Assembly (NCBI GenBank): GCA_963770895.1
Contig: CAVYRF010000002.1
Span: forward strand, 2,304,001-2,368,000
Direction of reading: 5' to 3'
DNA length: 64,000 bases
Source of the DNA: an uncultured Acidobacteriota bacterium
Lineage (GTDB): Bacteria > Acidobacteriota > Thermoanaerobaculia > Multivoradales > UBA5704
Within the stretch, counting starts at the first letter, position 1. Every line of letters begins with the position of its first letter. The translations under genes and the position numbers were made by a program. This document shows positions 62,455-64,000 of the stretch, piece after piece. The notes under the pieces were generated by a model that searched no databases, was not told where the DNA came from, and saw nothing but the letters and a program-made list of their open reading frames with translations.

Positions 62455-63861
62455 CTAGCGGGGGTCGGGGCTCGCCGGCGTCGCGAAGCCGCGCCGGCGC
62501 AGCAGGGCGACGACGCGCGGCGAGCCGATCGTCTCGGGCGCTTCCCCCCAGCGGTTGATCGACTCTGCCCGCCGTGCGCCGGCGTCGAGCAGCAGCTCGA
62601 CCACCGTGCAGTAGTCGTCGTCCGCCTTGCGGCAGTGCCTGGACCCGTGCACCGCCCAGGCCAGCGGCGAGCTGCCGAAGGCGCTGTCGCGCGGATCGAG
62701 CGGGGCGCCCAGCTCCACCAGGACCCGCACCGTGTCCGGCCTGCCCATCCAGGCGGCGGCGTGCAGCGGCGTGCCGCTGCCCCGCCGCTCCGTCGCCAGG
62801 TCGAAGCGCAGCGCCGCCATCAGGCGCACGGCGTCGGCGCGCCCCTGCTCGGCGGCCAGCGTCACGACCGATCGATCCTCGGCATCGAGCTCGGCGAGCA
62901 GCGCGGGATCGCGCTCCAGGAGCGCGCGCGCCGCGGCTTCGTCGGCGCGCAGGCAGGCGCCCAGCAGCTGGTCGCGCGGGGTCAGCCGGGTGGTGTCGGC
63001 GCCGCGCGCGGCCAGCACGTCGGCGATCGCGAAGCTGCCGCAGCGCACGGCCAGGACGTAGGCGGTGCGGCCGTCGGCACGCGGCTGGTCGATCCTGGCG
63101 CCGTAATCGAGCAGCATCCTGGCCGCCTGCCGCGAGCGGCCGCCCCTGGCGAAGGCGTGCAGCGGCGTCTCGTCGCCGGCGCCGCTCGCGACGTTGGGGT
63201 CGGCGCCGTGCGTCAGCAGCCACCGCATGCCGCGCGTCGCCGCGGCGCAGCCGGCATGGGGCTCCTTGTAGCCGGCCAGGAAATACAGCGGCGTGTTGTC
63301 GTACGGCGCCTGCCGGCTGCTGACGTCGGCGCCGTGATCGAGCAGGGCCTGCAGGCAGTCCCGATGATCGAGCTGGGCCGCGTGGTAGACCGATTCGCAG
63401 TCGTCGGGTTGCGCGCCATGTTCGAGCAGCGTGCGCACCACGGCGGCGTTGCCCGCCCAGCAGGCGCGAAACAGCGCCGGCAGCTTGCACGGCGTGCCGC
63501 CGTCGTCCTCAAACGTGTGGGTATTGGCATCCGCTCCGGCCGCGAGCAGCATGTCGACGCAGCGGCGGATGTCGCGCGCTGCCGCGGCGCCCAGGCGATG
63601 CAGCGGCGAAGCGCAGGCGTAGAGGATCGGTTGCCAGCCGTCGTCGGCATGCGCCGCCGTGGCCGCGGCCGGGTCCGCGGCCAGGATCTCGCCCAGGCGC
63701 CGCGGGCGTCCGGCGGCGCAAACGCTCCACACGTCGACCTCCGCGGCGGCCGGCCAGCGCTGGACGATGCGCTCCGCCAGGCGCCGATCGCCCGCGCGCA
63801 CCGCCGCCAGCAGGCGCTCGCCGTGGAAGGCGGGCGGCTGGCGATCTTCGATCCTTGTCAT
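62455..63861 (-). CDS. Ankyrin repeat protein
   Basis: Repeated TPLH/LL..GAD.N motifs (LLAAGADAN, LLTHGADPN, ETPLH, GTPLHAAAWMG). Confidence 0.9.
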   Translation of the reverse strand: MTRIEDRQPPAFHGERLLAAVRAGDRRLAERIVQRWPAAAEVDVWSVCAAGRPRRLGEILAADPAAATAAHADDGWQPILYACASPLHRLGAAAARDIRRCVDMLLAAGADANTHTFEDDGGTPCKLPALFRACWAGNAAVVRTLLEHGAQPDDCESVYHAAQLDHRDCLQALLDHGADVSSRQAPYDNTPLYFLAGYKEPHAGCAAATRGMRWLLTHGADPNVASGAGDETPLHAFARGGRSRQAARMLLDYGARIDQPRADGRTAYVLAVRCGSFAIADVLAARGADTTRLTPRDQLLGACLRADEAAARALLERDPALLAELDAEDRSVVTLAAEQGRADAVRLMAALRFDLATERRGSGTPLHAAAWMGRPDTVRVLVELGAPLDPRDSAFGSSPLAWAVHGSRHCRKADDDYCTVVELLLDAGARRAESINRWGEAPETIGSPRVVALLRRRGFATPASPDPR

Positions 63862-64000
63862 CAGGTTTCATCCGGCTTGCCGCGAATCGGCGCCGGTATT
63901 TGGCGGCGGAGCGGCGAGCGATTAGACTGTGGGCTCGCATTATGCCGCGACATCTGCGCAATACGCCGATACACGACTGGGAAGCTGGGGACGCGGTGCA

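Overview
Very GC-rich bacterial chromosomal window. VWFA-type and GWxTD-like proteins, a DUF6526-like protein and a class-typical C-terminal domain suggest Acidobacteriota, probably Thermoanaerobaculia (inference). It holds about 35 real CDS; most long ORFs in the track are antisense or shadow frames. In order: (1) a minus-strand operon with a DUF885 protein, a membrane protein carrying two PmoC/AmoC-like Asp/His/His motifs, and a partner missed by the ORF track (signal peptide, N-terminal His, two central TM helices, His/Met-rich C-terminus), together a candidate divergent copper-membrane-monooxygenase-like or copper-handling system; (2) an operon of a giant repeat protein, alpha-2-macroglobulin and PBP1C; (3) a single-ORF topoisomerase III-RecQ-HRDC fusion; (4) an M49 peptidase; (5) a lower-GC islet with a Cys-rich secreted protein and a VWA gene split by a complete IS630 (TA duplication, 25-bp IRs, -1 frameshift); (6) TetR plus an ABC exporter; (7) secreted proteins and an S10 peptidase; (8) a cysM-like, JAB and ubiquitin-like-E1-rhodanese sulfur-relay operon in which the carrier is fused to its E1; (9) rhomboid, DUF2007, GT-C-like and xseAB genes; (10) a lone OLD-like ATPase-TOPRIM gene; (11) a GWxTD-like VWA gene, an 8-Cys secreted peptide and an ankyrin protein. 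No rRNA, tRNA or CRISPR array was seen. All family calls come from motif recognition by eye; no searches were run.
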